A stretch of 62,688 nucleotides of DNA, filler included, from Choristocarpus tenellus KU-1152 (lineage: Eukaryota > Protista > Phaeophyceae): the NCBI GenBank assembly GCA_964200185.2. It is 10 parts of 10 records of this genome, joined end to end, with 100 filler letters (N's around TTAATTAATTAA, not from the genome) between each part and the next. Parts side by side here need not be neighbours in the genome. Positions count along the whole stretch, not along the records: positions 34,614 to 38,130 come from CAXNAD020019497.1; positions 38,231 to 55,718 come from CAXNAD020000667.1; 8 more parts are not named here. The stretch is one strand, 5' to 3'. Position numbers and translations under genes: made by a program. The notes below the pieces were generated by a model that did no database searches, was not told the DNA's origin, and was given only the letters and a program-made list of their open reading frames with translations. The number at the start of each line of letters is the position of its first letter. Position 1 is the first letter of the stretch. Shown in pieces: positions 36,006 to 50,211 of this stretch.

Positions 36006-39000
36006 CTGAATCGATAAAGTGGATCCTCTAACTCAACCACAGAGGGCGAGGAAGGCAAAAAAGTGGAGCGTGCAGCGATTGCTTGTGCGATTTCAATCAA
36101 TCTCGATATCTACAGAAGCAAGAAGGGAGAAAATAGATAACACTGCCGGGTTCTAGCCCCCAACTCCGTTCCAGACTTGAGTATCCAACTAGAACGAGAG
36201 CGTTCGCCGAAACTTCAACAATCTGCGTGACATGGTCCACATCCCAACTCCTGCACAACCGGACGATTCGTATGGACATATGCTATGCTATCTTATAATG
36301 AAATGGAGAGATGCATGGCGGTGAATGAAGTATTACCCAACAAGTCTCACCGAGAAAAGTGGCGTCGCATCGCCTTGCCCACCCCGATGTATGCCGTGGC
36401 TAGACCCATTGTCAATAGATTTGGTATTTTCATACCCCAATGAAGGCACCAATAGCGGCACCACAGTTATTTCCACTAAGTCCGTTACCGAAAATGCTGC
36501 GGTCGTGTGACCAGTCTATCCTACAGATTCGTAATATGACCCTCTACGATTGAGTACCAGGAGTACTACACTACTCCTCTCCACTCTCTCGATTGTCGTA
36601 AGATACTCTGACCACAAGTCGGTAGTGGGGTGCGAAGGTAGGTGACAAGTAGCTCGTTCTTAGCATCTAGCACTCTTGAGATATACCCCTACTGTAGGCC
36701 ACCAGGTCAACTACACCTTTTTGGTCTTTCATCTATATAGATGGACTTGAGTTTCCATCAACCATATTCAGGTGGTTTGGGTACTACAACGGACAGACGG
36801 ACGGACGGATCTATGTTGTACGGTTTTCACTCTCGCGTATTCTCGCGCACAATCGAACCTTCCGTTTTTGACTCTGAATCTACAGTCGTGTTTTGGTTGT
36901 GAGTCAGTAGTAGTTAAGACGCAGATAGCCTTGTCAATTTTGCGGGTTGGAAACCCCTATAACATTAGACTTCTCTTCGCGAAAATCTGGTTTACGATTA
37001 TCCGAGGATTGTACATCTACACTACTGCTGCTAACACTACTCTTCTTGTTGTCTTGTGTTGTTTGTTGTGGATGCACCACAACAAAACATAGGAGCAAGG
37101 TGGAGGCCTTAGGACAGCTCCACCTGCAGATTCGACAGCAAAGAATGGTGGGAGTGCTGAATCCAACGTGCGAGAATCAATCTAGGGAGGAAATCAACAA
37201 AGGCAGTTTTAGTCAATATGCAATAATAGTTTGTCGTAGTCATTATGGCAAGTAGTACTAACAATACATAATAGGTCCTTGTGGTGTCTAGTCCACTAAC
37301 CTTAGCTCAGGATAATCCCCACACAATAATGTGCACAAATAAAAATGATACATTTTTGTAACTGTTGTTGCCACGCTCTAGTAAAGGCCAGTCCAATAGG
37401 AGAAGGAGACCTACAACAATAATAGTATTACTAGTACTTTAATACCTACTGTTGTTGTTGTACTAAAAAAATAGTAGTAGTAGTAATAGTGATGGTCCTT
37501 GTACCCTATAATATATAGAGAAGAGAGAGAATTAACAACGAGTGCTCATTCGTGTCTCCTGGATATCGCACATTTACGACATTGATATGCCATTCTGCAC
37601 CCCAATAATAATGAACATAATTATATACCTCTAAATTATACAAACGCGAATGCATACCTGCAAACAACTTCATCCCCTCACATTCCCTAGTGCTTAGAAC
37701 GCACAACCACTCACCCTTCACACCCTCACACATTGCCGAGGCCCCCAGGTCAATTCATCGACAGATATTGCTTTCGCTGCATATGACATGCTCTCCCATA
37801 CTTCAATAACCTTAATCCAACTCGATCGAGGCGATAAACCTACAAGAGATTAACCTCTATAATCCACACTTCGTCACAAAGCAACACCCAAGAAACCCGA
37901 CTCTAGAAAAATACCTACAAACAGGCTAATTTTGCAACATCATCGCACAGTCCCATGTATATCTATACACTAAGTACATACACTACGTGCAGAATATGCA
38001 ATATTTCATTGAAACAAGGCCAACCCTCGACGACAAAAGACACTCCAATATGCCATTTTTCCAACACTTCCATACCATTTTTCCAACACTTGGTAAGGGC
38101 CCAAATGGACGCCCCGGTGCAGACCCCCCCNNNNNNNNNNNNNNNNNNNNNNNNNNNNNNNNNNNNNNNNNNNNTTAATTAATTAANNNNNNNNNNNNNN
38201 NNNNNNNNNNNNNNNNNNNNNNNNNNNNNNCACTTTCTGCGCACCATTTTGGGTCAAACCCATCCTCCATAGTATGCTCCATCCTCCATTTTGGTGAGAG
38301 GCTGTTACAGGAAGAAAACCTGTTTCAATTTGAATATGCGCGCACACATCCTATATTACAAAGACACAATGATGACATCGCATCCTGAGCTACCTCTCTA
38401 CAACCTAGAGAGAACATGAGGACCTTAGAAACAGTTCTTCATTGAAAGTTTACTTGGGATGCACTGATGGCTCTAATCAACAATGCAACGCCTTGTTCCC
38501 AGCAGCCAGGAACTACCTACATGTTCAACATCAATCCAAATTGGAGAAAATAAAAAACTGTCACACATTTAGTCACACTAGCCCGATAATGGAAATTGCT
38601 TTTGCATCTGACACGTTCACACATATGGCATGGAATCACTATAGGGTCACACAGGCCCCAAATGAACGCTTGACCCCCTCTTTTGGATACTATGGGCCTA
38701 TACCGTATAGCAAGTCATGTTCGCCTACCAGATTACTGGATGGAAGTCCTCTCCGTTTTGACCCAGAGCAGGGTTGGTTTGTCTCCGTTTGTGCTCCTCT
38801 CGAACCTTTTGCTGGACGTGCCTCAGCACATTTTCTTCTTCTGTCTCAGGTTGTGCCTTCCTTGCTTCTCATACAATGGATCAGTCATCCCACTGCTCAA
38901 CGCTCTGCTTCCATCCTTGAATCTTGTTCTGGATACATTCCTTGGCATCACTTGGGATAGAAGCCTCATCACCTTGTTTTTGCTCTAGTGTTTTAGCGTG

Positions 39001-40325
39001 TTATAGGAACAGATAGGACAATACAGAAGATGTACAAACCCGATAGTGCTTGTTTGTATAATCGAAACCAGTTACGCGACTGGCCTTGCAGAACACGATT
39101 GTCTTTCTTAATACTACTACCATGAAATAAAGTCTGACGTCGATGGGATTCGAACCTGCAAAACATACACTGGAAAAATCTCGTTCAATTATACGAAATC
39201 GTTCCCAGGTATTTTTTAATTTTATAATACAACAAGAGTCCTTTCACCACACAAGGGTTTTTGATGATGTAATTGAAGTCAGATTTCGATGTAACGAACT
39301 CTTTGGTGACGATGGGGTACGAACACACGAGATTCATCCAGGGAATAAACCTCCTTTTAACCACATTTGCTACCAAGGCGTCTTTTCGACCCACAATGTT
39401 ATTTCTCCCTCACTGTCTTACTGGAATACTACAATAATTTCCTATGCAATGAACGTTCAAGCCTTGCACAGGAGGAGATGCACATTTCAGATTGATTAAT
39501 AAGAAAGGCGTATTCTCTCAATGCGCAACATTTGATAACAATGGAGAGTTAATTCACCAATTTGTTTTTGCTTTTGTAGGTAGTTCTGTTTCCAACCTTC
39601 TTACCATCATTTGATCAGTGTCCACATGGCAAGTGCGACTGATTGTACAACTGTACTATCCTGTCAGTTGCTGTGGTACTCACAAAAACGCGGAAAAAAG
39701 GAAATGAGCTGACAAGGCTTCATTGCAGAGCAATGCTGACAAGCAATGCTGAGGTGAGTATTGCCCAAGATTCAAGGAAGGAGATCGAGCAACAACAGTT
39801 GATAGGGGTGATCCTAATCGTGAGGAGCAATGCATGAATAGAGGTTGTGTAATTAGTCACAGTGAAATATCTTTGGGTGGCGCGAGGAATAGTACAGTGT
39901 ACAGTACCTCTGACCATGTAGGGCTAGTCCCCAGACTAAAGTGAAGACATCAATAAAAACAATATCAATAATAGGTCCTGTAGTGCCCAGGGCTATTATT
40001 CATTGCCCTCCATCATACTCTAACAAGAAGCAAGAAGAAGGTGGTAAACCTTTTGCTACTATAGGGCAATCATTCAGATGCCCTCCATAATCTTGGTTGC
40101 TCTGTTGCTGGACTACTGGAAGCAAGGCTCATCCTCAAATGGGTCAAGGAGTAGATAACAAAACAGAATGGCACTTAGTTTTAATTTCCCATTGATTATT
40201 ATTTCCACTGAGGCACCTCAGCGATACACAGAGCTGAAAGCACGAGGGTTTTTTCATCTTGTGCTTGCCCTCCATGCCCATGTTGAAGTGTGACATATAC
40301 GACTTGACCTGGAGCATTCTTAGGT

Positions 40326-43300
40326 TCAGCTAGCTTGTATTGTGAGCATTGTGTTATCAACATCCTGAGGGTTCTCCATATCTACCACAGTGCACCCAAC
40401 CCCTGGCTGATGCACCAACCACCGTAGGGCATAATGCTGTAACGTCTCATCATCCGGGATTACATGTGCTCCACTGGGACAACCTTCACCTGATACGACC
40501 ATGTCCCTGGTTCGCTGGGCACAACTGTAGCGAACCATAGCTCCATACCTCTCGAAGAATGCCTGTTGGCCCAGATATTGTGGGTGGTGAAAGGGAGTTG
40601 AAAGAGGTGACATTGTTTTTAGACTATACAACGGAAACTCTTCATATGACTGATGCTGTGAGGAGGACACAAAAAACAGACAGCTACTAGATTGACTGGC
40701 TACAACAACCTATTTTCGAAACATGTGCTACTTTATAGGTACTATTTAGTTGGAGTGGTATGCAGGTTTACATAGTAGGGATACAAATTCACTGGACTAC
40801 AACATTGGGTATACACCACAACCTCGCCAACAAAAAAAGGGAATATATATATATATATTCCAGTCATTCAAACACAAGCGAGACTTGTGACTGCATAGGA
40901 GCAGAGGAATCAGATATTCCACTTTTAGGAGGACAGTGTAGTCCACAATTCTATCACAACCAGACCAGTATATACAGCATTGCCACACTGACTAAGAAAC
41001 ATTTCAACCACCACCACTTCACACCCATGTATCATATGACAACATGGAACATCCACACCCAATGACATTACCATCTAGATTTCTGCTCACACTGCAAAAA
41101 AACAATACTGGAGAGATCTAAAGTGTGTCCTCCACCTAGAATACCCCTAAGATACTACCAATCCTCTTGCCATAATGCCCACTTACTCTGAAGATATTTT
41201 CTCTGCCCTTCCAGAAGATACAGACCTTACATATTACCCATTTATCCACTACCTGTCTCAACAGAAGAAGACCTGTCAAAATGATCACAACAAATCCATC
41301 CGCCCATCCATCCACCCATCCACCCAATCCAACCAATGCAGTAGTAACAATATCATGGCGTTTTCATGCACTCACTTGGAGTATATCTGCAGATGTTGCA
41401 TCTAGCCCCTCAAACTTATTGTTTATCATGGGTGTGATGCTTCCCGCCAGCTCAACCTCATAATGCTCAAAGGATGTGAAGCTCACAAGTTGACTGTTCA
41501 TGTCCTTCACCAGCTGCTGGAGAAACCGGCAACCCTATGCCATAACAGTCAAAGCGGTGGTTGGGAATGTGTGTGGTGCCATAGGCACTACCAAAGAAGA
41601 CATACAGTGCACTGAAGTTGAAGTCAAGTCCTCCCCTGAATATATAAGCGGCAATTCAGAACATGAACACCACAGATGCCCCGCTTGAGGGATCTCATCA
41701 TGTCTGTAAACTGTTTGTCCTGTCAAGCCTTGCATCTGCACCTGTATGATGTCACTTTCCTCCTCTGTGAGCTCCCTTCCTTCAGGAAGATCCATTGTAA
41801 AATGCTCCAGAACCTGTCTGCGGAAATGCCCCCACCAGATTATCATCAAAGCCAAAGTCAAGGTCAAAATCCAGTGTTAGAATGTTACACCTTGCCCACA
41901 ATGCCAAGACATGGCAGTTGTAAAGTATTGGCACTCAAGATGCACTATACAGATGTAGGAGCTGTACCTGCATACATCCATGTAATCATGAGGTAGGTCT
42001 CCCCTAAGAGCATCATCCACCAGCTGGAATGTGCCATTTGGCATTGATGCAGTCAATGGGTGACATGCCATTACCTTCACTTATTTACATTGAGCAGTGG
42101 AAAGCAATTGGGTGAGAGTCATGACTGTCGGGGAAGCTGGTGCAAATGAAGGGTCACCTGTAGCAGTTTTGTGTATTGAGGCAGAGGTACAGGAAGGAAA
42201 AACAGGCATTCACCCTATTTCCTGACATGGTTGCGTCAGCCAAATGCATTTGCAATTTCTACCTCGGGTATAGTGCGGAGTGTTCAAAACACTACAACAT
42301 GCCTATTCTTGATCGTTGCCAAGGAAACATTGTTAAAGGGCTTCTAGTAAGGGAGGGCTCACTCTTATGCCTGCTGCTTCCATAGATGGTGCTTCCTTCA
42401 ACCCGGTAGTTTCCAAGAGATTTGCTGGCATCTGCACAATCTTGAATGAATGCCTTGACGCAAGCGAGATAAGGTCAGGAGAGGTTGAGAGGTCAGAGAA
42501 CACAAGCTTGGTATAAATCTGTGTACTGTTTGGAGCAGCATACATAGAAAGAGCACTGTCCTAAGTCCAAGAGAAGGCACACAGGCAATGCAAGATGATG
42601 ACATTGAAAGGTATCAGATGTCAATTTGAACATTTAGTTTCAATAGTGAATTCGTTGTACATGCATAAGATGGTAGATTGCCATAATGCTGCATATACAC
42701 AGTACTGTATTGTTTTTGATATGTTTCGATTCCTGATGAGGACAAGAGTACAGAGCATTTCAGACTAATGTATAAAAAACATATTCGTTTTACATGCTGA
42801 AGATTGTAGATTGGAGTGAAAGTATCTTAGAGGGTACGGATTTTTCCCTGTTTGTCCATTTGGGGCTTGGCTTCCCATGGGGTTTTTTATTACATTTTCC
42901 TACTCCAAAATGTTTTGGAATAGGTCAAATGTCTACATTATGAAAAGGTCTGTCCGGAACAAGGATACTGACACTTCCTAACAAACACGATAGCCAAAAT
43001 TACATCAAAGTCGCAACGTTGGATTTTGGCCCCAAATGGACGTGGCCCTGCCCTCTAAGATACTTTGGCTCTTGCCATACATACTGCATATACACAGTAC
43101 TGTATTGTTCTTGATATGTTTCGATTCCTGATGAGGACAAGAGTACAGGGTATTTCAGACCAACATATAAAAAACAGAAGCAGACTGCTGGAAGGGCGAC
43201 AGAGTAATCGGAATTTTCTTTCCCATTACACTTACGTGACCTTCCCTCGCCTCTTGGCTGCCTCTCTGGCACACTGAACAAGTGCTTCCCAGGAGATGTG

Positions 43301-44690
43301 CAATGGTTCTTTGTCTGGAAGCGACAACCCTGTGCTGCTTACACCATAGGCTCTGACTTGACCCTCATCCACTCTCTCCTCCATTGCCTCAAACAATGAA
43401 GTCATGTCTCCATAGAACGCCTCCCTGACCTCATTCAACTGTATCCTGGTAAAGGGTGCCACCACTCCAATTCCCTCTCCATCATTGCCACTTGCCATGG
43501 CGCCTGCACTTTGAAGTCTGTGAGTCAGGTGGTGCTCAGGGTTTTCCACCAGGAAACCTTCGACAGTCTTTGTTTGTAGTCGCTGGAGAGAGCGTTCCAA
43601 CTCTTTGCACATAAAATCTGGGTGCATTGAGTGGGATAAGCCAGTCGCTGCAGTCACCATCCCTGGGTGCCTGCCTGAACTTGACTTTGAGTAAACAGTG
43701 GATTGTTGGGTGGGGGTATTAGAAAAATGCAATTAAGGCTGGAATGAACGGGAAATAGACTGCAGAGTGTCGTTGATTAGTTTGTACCCCGTGATTTGAA
43801 ACAGATAAATGCATATACACATATATACATATATATATATATATATATATTGGATACCACTTCCAAAGTGAAGCTGATACCAGTGGTGGGTAGGTGAGGG
43901 GGAAAGGGTGCGGTTAAGATACACGGGAGTGCAGTCAGAGTTCCGTCTACTCCACCAATCATGGTGACATGGGTCCCTACCTCGACAATTGGAGGATGTC
44001 TTACTACACAATGCTGCCAGAGGCTCTGCAGGTCTAGAATCACATAAAAAACATGCATGGTATGGGAAGAGGAAATGTGTTGCTCTCTGCGCCTCGGTAT
44101 CTTACCACACGCATTCTGCAAGTCTGTCGAGCAAAACAATAAAATAAGTAAGTATGGAAGGCGTAAAAATTCTCACCGATGCATACCCGAACTTCGTCAG
44201 GATTTTCGCTTTCTCATTTCCCTCATCCCCAAACACTTTCCTCACTACTTTTCCGACCAATTCCTCGCTCTTTCCTCCCATATAGTTTGCGTTCGTATCC
44301 ACAACTGCATGTATTAAGGGATAATCGATTGAGGGTGATATGTGTGAAACAATTACTCCAGTCGTAGTCGTACATAGGGCAGTACTTCCCGTGGGTCAGT
44401 GTATTGCACGTAGCACAAACCAATGGAGGCCATGCACTATTTTCTGAAATCAGAGTATCTAGGAAGAGAGTCTTGTGCAGGCACGACGAGTGGGGATGCC
44501 ATTTCAGGACAACTTCAAAACCTACATCATGTTTCCTAACCTACACTACACGGACCTGTAACTCCGCCTTGGAGAGCCCTCACAAGTGCAGCTTCATGCT
44601 CGGCAACACCAAGAGCACATCTTGCTGCTCCAAATCCAACCCTGGACCACACCATTACCTTCCTGGTGTCAAGAGCGCAGTAGTTCTTGC
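40326..44690 (-). CDS. Aldo-keto reductase-family protein; exons 44690-44556, 44304-44177, ~43670-43236, 42453-42363, 42074-41968, 41817-41742, 41534-41376, 40562-40326 (first exon and one junction unresolved)
   Basis: SRVGFGAAR, VDTNANYMGGKSEELVG, LTKFGY, SLQRLQT, AYGVSS, IVQMPANLLE, ALRWLVHQPGV. Confidence 0.88.
42814..43071 (+). mobile_element. MITE family A, complete, in an AKR intron
   Basis: GAGTGAAAGTATCTTAGAGGGTA ... CCCTCTAAGATACTTTGGCTC; TTG duplicated on the flanks. Confidence 0.9.
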
Positions 44691-45130
44691 CTGATGTGCA
44701 GGAGTTTACAAGTTCCCTGCGGCGTTGGCGACCTTCCTTATCCTCAATCTTTTACCGATGGTATGTGCTGTCAGTTGTTGTGCATGTAGTATGTAGATTC
44801 TAACGTCAACTATTATAAACGTATTTCACATTGACCTCTATCATCGCAGTCGTTATATTGTTTCCTACCCTCTTCAGTTCCGGATGATTGCACAGTAGGA
44901 TGAGACGGAAGTGATTGACAAGTGGACAACATTGAGATGATCGGAAAGGAAATTGAGGGTCAACCTTTGGGATAGTTTATGTTCCTATGAAATCGTTGAC
45001 TGCTTGGTATCTCGTGAGCATCTCGTGAGCATCTGGTAGACTCAGCTTCACCCCTAAGCAAGTATTAAGATGTGTGTGTTTAGTTTGCGCCGTATAGTAA
45101 ATGTTTTCTTGTCTTCTTCAGGCCTGTGGT

Positions 45131-48100
45131 TCATGCATCAACTCCTAAAAATACTCGTGCGATCAAACGGATCTGTTGAGTAAGATCCTACATTGTATAT
45201 GTGGTACTACAACTTCCGAGTGATGCACATCATATCTATTAGCATGCAACCACTTCAAGTTGGGGTTAAGAGAGAAGTAGTATTGCTTGTGTACGCCATT
45301 CAGCATGTGCGTGACTGCACTTTCCACCTGTGCGTGCCTACATACAACACCGGCACACATGCATGTTGACTTGACACTTGCTGTAACTGAGCAAAGCTGA
45401 CTCAGTATAGGGGTTTTGACGTGGTCGGATGCACTTCACCTTAGCCATCCATTCTACCTAGTCAGTCTCAGGGATGAACAAGTGGTAGCTCATGTCACCG
45501 AGATTGTCACCCTCACCTACCTATGATCTGCCTATGCTTATTATAGTTCTTCCTTACCCGCTGTGCTGGAGGGTACCTGTGTTTCTTTGCATAAGGACTG
45601 TGGGCAACTGTCCCTCCTTATTTTAGTCATCTGCAACAAAGATTTGCCCTTCAAAAATAAATCTGTCTTCAGGATGGATAAGTCCTATTTCTGATAATCA
45701 AACTTGTGTGACTTGAGGATACTACAAAATCTCCCCCTTTTTTAATGGTGTCTTTTTTTGCTAGCGAATACTACGATGAACAGCAGGAAATCACTACATA
45801 TTATCGATATAAATGATGCCCTTGCGCCTATCTCTCTACACAGGATGGCTAAAGCCTGTAATGAGCAGCGACAGGGCTCATTACCAAATGCAGTAAAACA
45901 TGTGGAGCAACAGGAAAATCCTTACTGAGGATGTACACAAAATATGGTGTTTTGCTTGTGACAAAATATGTGGGCAAACACCTTCAAATGAGTATCCTTG
46001 TCCAATTAGATTATGCCACAAACCCTTGGATGGTATCAAGCGTTCCCTCAAGCCAAGCAAACGAGGACATGTCACACACAAACACATTTTTGATGAGAAA
46101 TTTGTGTCAAAAGCACATGGAACACATTGATTACCAACACATGATGCGGTTGCTGAAACATCTACTTGCCTCGCTACATCCTTTAAACTCTGGAGGTACT
46201 TAGTTAAAACAAGTCAGTACCAATCTTTCAAGAGATGCCATCATCCTGTGAGGATTTACTCGAATCAGGGGACTGTGGATTAGAGGTATACCATCATATC
46301 ATTCAGTATGCAGGTACAAGCAGGTACCATTGATACAGCAAGAGTTTTTTCAACTTCTATTTACTGTTTGCCTCAAATGATAGCATAAAGGTATTGCGTT
46401 CAAACAGGCAGCAAGATCAACAAATAGTGAGTACAAGTAGTGTGTCAGGATGAGGTATCCAGGGGTAAACTGTGGGGAAAGAACTGACGTATCTAGCAAC
46501 TGAAGCAAATTATCCTACTATTTATTAGCAAATAATGTATACCAAAAACACTATAAACTATATTCTACAACTACACTTCAATGTCACAAATATAACCCAC
46601 ACAAGACCACTTACACATTTGAAGAGATTACTATTCCAGGTTTCATCTAAAAATTAAGCCCCCAATCACAAAACACAAATGAACTTTTGTCATTCTTACC
46701 AACCCTCCCCCATTATCAAAATCTTCACAACCCTTCCACCTCTTTGGTACTCTAGTCATATTCCTGTTTTCCTCTAGCTTCCCGAATAAAAAACCCCTGA
46801 GTAAAAGGCCTAATCTCCGACAATACTATCAACGCAGAAGGGTGTTCAACATCTTGGGGAGGCAACAAAGAAAGCTGACCTGAATTTGAGCAAAGAGGTG
46901 TGGGGTGTCCTACATCACATACGATATTGCCCAACTCCAGATGATTGTCATCAAAGTGGAGATGTGAGCCATCTGAAATGATGATGTAATGCTTCAACAT
47001 GAAAGAGCACATGCTTGTACCTGTACAACCCATCGTCAGCAGTAAATTGCAGTACTTTGGAAGGGACTAAAAGCATCACGAGGGCTTCCCAAAAAGATTT
47101 TCCAAGACATGTGCCCAACAAAAAGCTATGCAACATCAAAAGCAAACTATTTTGCTGGTCATTCAAATGGTTTGACGAGAACATATTTTATTGACACTCA
47201 CATGAAATGAACTCTACAAGTAAACAAGAAGCACGTTCACTTGAGATTTAGGCAACCCTGTTCATCAAAAGGTAGCCAGTTTGTGCACCTACCAAAAAGA
47301 GATCCAGTCATCTTCTCAACACCAGAATTATCGATTGACCCCCCACCTCAATGAGATCACACAATTTTCCACTCTTTTCATTTCTTGCCCACCAAGGATG
47401 TGGGGGGCACACGCACAAGGTATAAATTGATACCTATCTCCCACTTTGTACAGTCATACTTTTAGCGACCCATACCCTCAGTTGCAGGAACATATAATAC
47501 TCGTGCCCTGTGGGGGAGTTCCTGCTCAGGAGTACTTTTCTCCTCCCCTCCTGCGAGGTGGTTCCTTCCCCATTATCTGGTCTTTGAATGCATAAAGTCC
47601 CAAAAATGCCAAGAAGATTGCAATAACTTTTGCCATCCATCTCACCACAGTCCCATTTTCCCAAATGTCGTCCTTGTTTATCTCCTGTGGTCAATCAAAG
47701 TTTACATGGTGAGACGGGGACTGAGTTAGGTTGAGAGCACACTCTTAACAACCAACTGTACTGTTTACCAACTCACCACACTGTTCTATTTTTGTTGTTG
47801 CAAAGAGCACTCATTGAGGGCGAGTTGCATCTCTCTACAGTTGATGAGGAAAGGGTGTGCCAAGAGGAGAAAACCAAGCAACCCACATGTATTACATTGG
47901 AAAAAAACACAGTCACACCTACAGCATTCACAGTACTCTTCGGTGGGAAGCAGTAGTGAACTCAGGAAAAAATATTGATGAACACCTACTCTAAAGATAG
48001 GTGGCTTGTGGAATTATAATCTGTACTCCATCATGCTGGAAACAACTCATCTTCACACACAGGCTAAAAAGTCGTTCTTGCAATAGGCAACAAACGGCAC

Positions 48101-49725
48101 ACCAAGCTACAGGGCAGAGTGATAAAATACATTCAAGAAATTCATCGGATTGCCTGCACAGTGCACAAAAAACATTTTTGCAACTCTGCAGTGAGGTATA
48201 CAGTCAATCACAATTCTGAAATAGTTATATTTCCCCTTTAAAAGATCGGTACTTAATCTCCAGTACCATTTCCTCAACAAGAATGTGCCATCTGCATCCT
48301 GATACTTTGCGACTCACCACATACTGCTTGGCCTTTGGTATATATGCCTTTGGGAAGAGTTCATCCATCCGTTCCTTCTTTAACTCTTCAACTCGCCTGA
48401 GTAACTCATCCTCATTTTCATCCTGCACAAGATGGTTTGGGTATTAGGCCTATATTGACAAGGTTAAGCCAACAACAAATTATGAAAAAAAAACACATGC
48501 AGATTTGAGTGGAGGGGGAGCTGCGGTGATTTAGAAGGTGGCAGGTTGCATTGAAATTTCAGAATGGAAGTGGGAATACACTGCCAAACTATACATTTGC
48601 AAAATGTATAGTAAATACCCTCAACAGCCGTTTCAAGGTGTCATTGTTGATGTGATACCACATGGAAGTAATGAATTCAGATGTACAGGAAGAATGTTGG
48701 TCACAGGATGATACCTCCTACCTGTGCAAAGTTCAACTTGTTCAGAATCCAGGAATATGTAACCAAAACTCAACGAAAAAAGGTGGAACAACAAGTCAGT
48801 TCAAAATCCTACTTGCAAACTCAAGACATTTGTTTACTCTAGCCAGTAAAATATTTTAATCTCAGCAAGAAGACCAACCGCGGGAACAATCCACCTTCAG
48901 GCCCATGGCTGAATTCTCATACTTGGAGCACCCTACAACATACTACTTTTCCACCTGGTTCTCAAAAACTCTACGTTGTCGAAGTCTTGTATTTTTTTTA
49001 TTGGAACCGTATGCAACACATAAGACACTGGAAGAAAGTACATGCAATTTTTCAACCTCGAATTTCAGTCATTTCTCTTTATGAATGACAGTCCAAACCA
49101 TGGTCTCGCTCTCCATCCTAGCGTATCACTCACCCCCATCTCCGAGAGAGCTGCCTTCCAAGCACTAGCCTCCATACTCTTGAGATCTTTGTCCGATGGG
49201 TTATTAAGAGCATCTTCCCGGCCTCTTTTACCCCTAGATCCACCCTGTCCATACCTGGTGTAAAACAATCAGCAGTGGAACTTAATGCCCAGGCTTGTAA
49301 GGTTGCGGTGCACAGTTGTTGATGTGTCCTGAAGGTTCATGGCGAAAATATACTTAAAACCTGTCCACACGCCTATTCCTCGAACTTGACACCTTCCTTT
49401 CTATTTCAATGTGTAGATGATAAAAATGCAGTGATTTCTCCCCTCGTTCACCGTTATTGCAAACATTAAGAGGTGTAAAGAGATTAGGACGAACAAGGGA
49501 TGGGGATCTCATTCTATGGCGAGGTCCCATCCATGGGATCGTATTATGGACTTTCTATCAGAGATACTAAGAATCATAGTTTGTCGTCTTCAACATCTGG
49601 CTTAAACAATGCAATTAGAATAGAAATGGTATGGTTACTCCCTTCAGCCAATCTCACCTTGCATAAGAGGGATATACGATGAACAGACACATCAGCAATA
49701 CTAGGGAATTGGAATATCTCTTCAT
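45131..49725 (-). CDS. Multi-exon gene of unknown function with predicted signal peptide; clear exons 49725-49658, 49254-49134, ~48422-48318, later exons tentative
   Basis: MKRYSNSLVLLMCLFIVYPSYA|RYGQGGSRGKRGRED..; coiled DENEDELLRRVEELKKERMDELFPK; canonical GTGAG donors. 3' structure uncertain. Confidence 0.55.
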
Positions 49726-50211
49726 CCTGCTGAGGTCTCCCTATGGAGGTTTTAGCCGAAACACAAAACCTGAAGAGAATGGTGGGGAAGTTACGAAATT
49801 GGACTGATGGCTACCAATCGTGGATAACTCTCCAGTCTTTGCGATAGAAACCAATGTAAGTGCTATCAGAGGGCAAGGGGCTTCCAGAAGCCTTCGTTGT
49901 CGTAGTAAACGTTGATGTACGATGTACCTTATGAGCGTAGTGTCCTAGGGCGCTCCAAGTGTATAGTTTTGTTGTGTCATCATCGTATCAGGTAGATTAA
50001 TAATATTAGTTGGTTTTCAACATAATTGCGAAGCAGTCCCAGTATCCAAGTTAAGACCCATACACATCCATTACTATAAATAGTCCCTATCATTCCCCCC
50101 AACTAACCAAGTTGACAGCGAGCGCAGGAGATAATCTATCGACTGAAGGCAATGCGTAGTGATATCAGTTAGAACATATTGGTAGTGGAAGGCCATTGGA
50201 GGTGGTGCTAC

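Noticed and set aside
38442-38988. 172-aa plus-strand ORF, and a minus-strand CHMC..H knuckle suggesting a LINE 3' end
   Set aside because: No recognisable protein on +; the minus frame is broken and the motif incomplete.
39132-39165. tRNA-like T-arm/acceptor 3' end on the minus strand (GCAGGTTCGAATCCCATCGACGTCA)
   Set aside because: No matching 5' half, D arm or anticodon arm found; at most a tRNA/SINE fragment.
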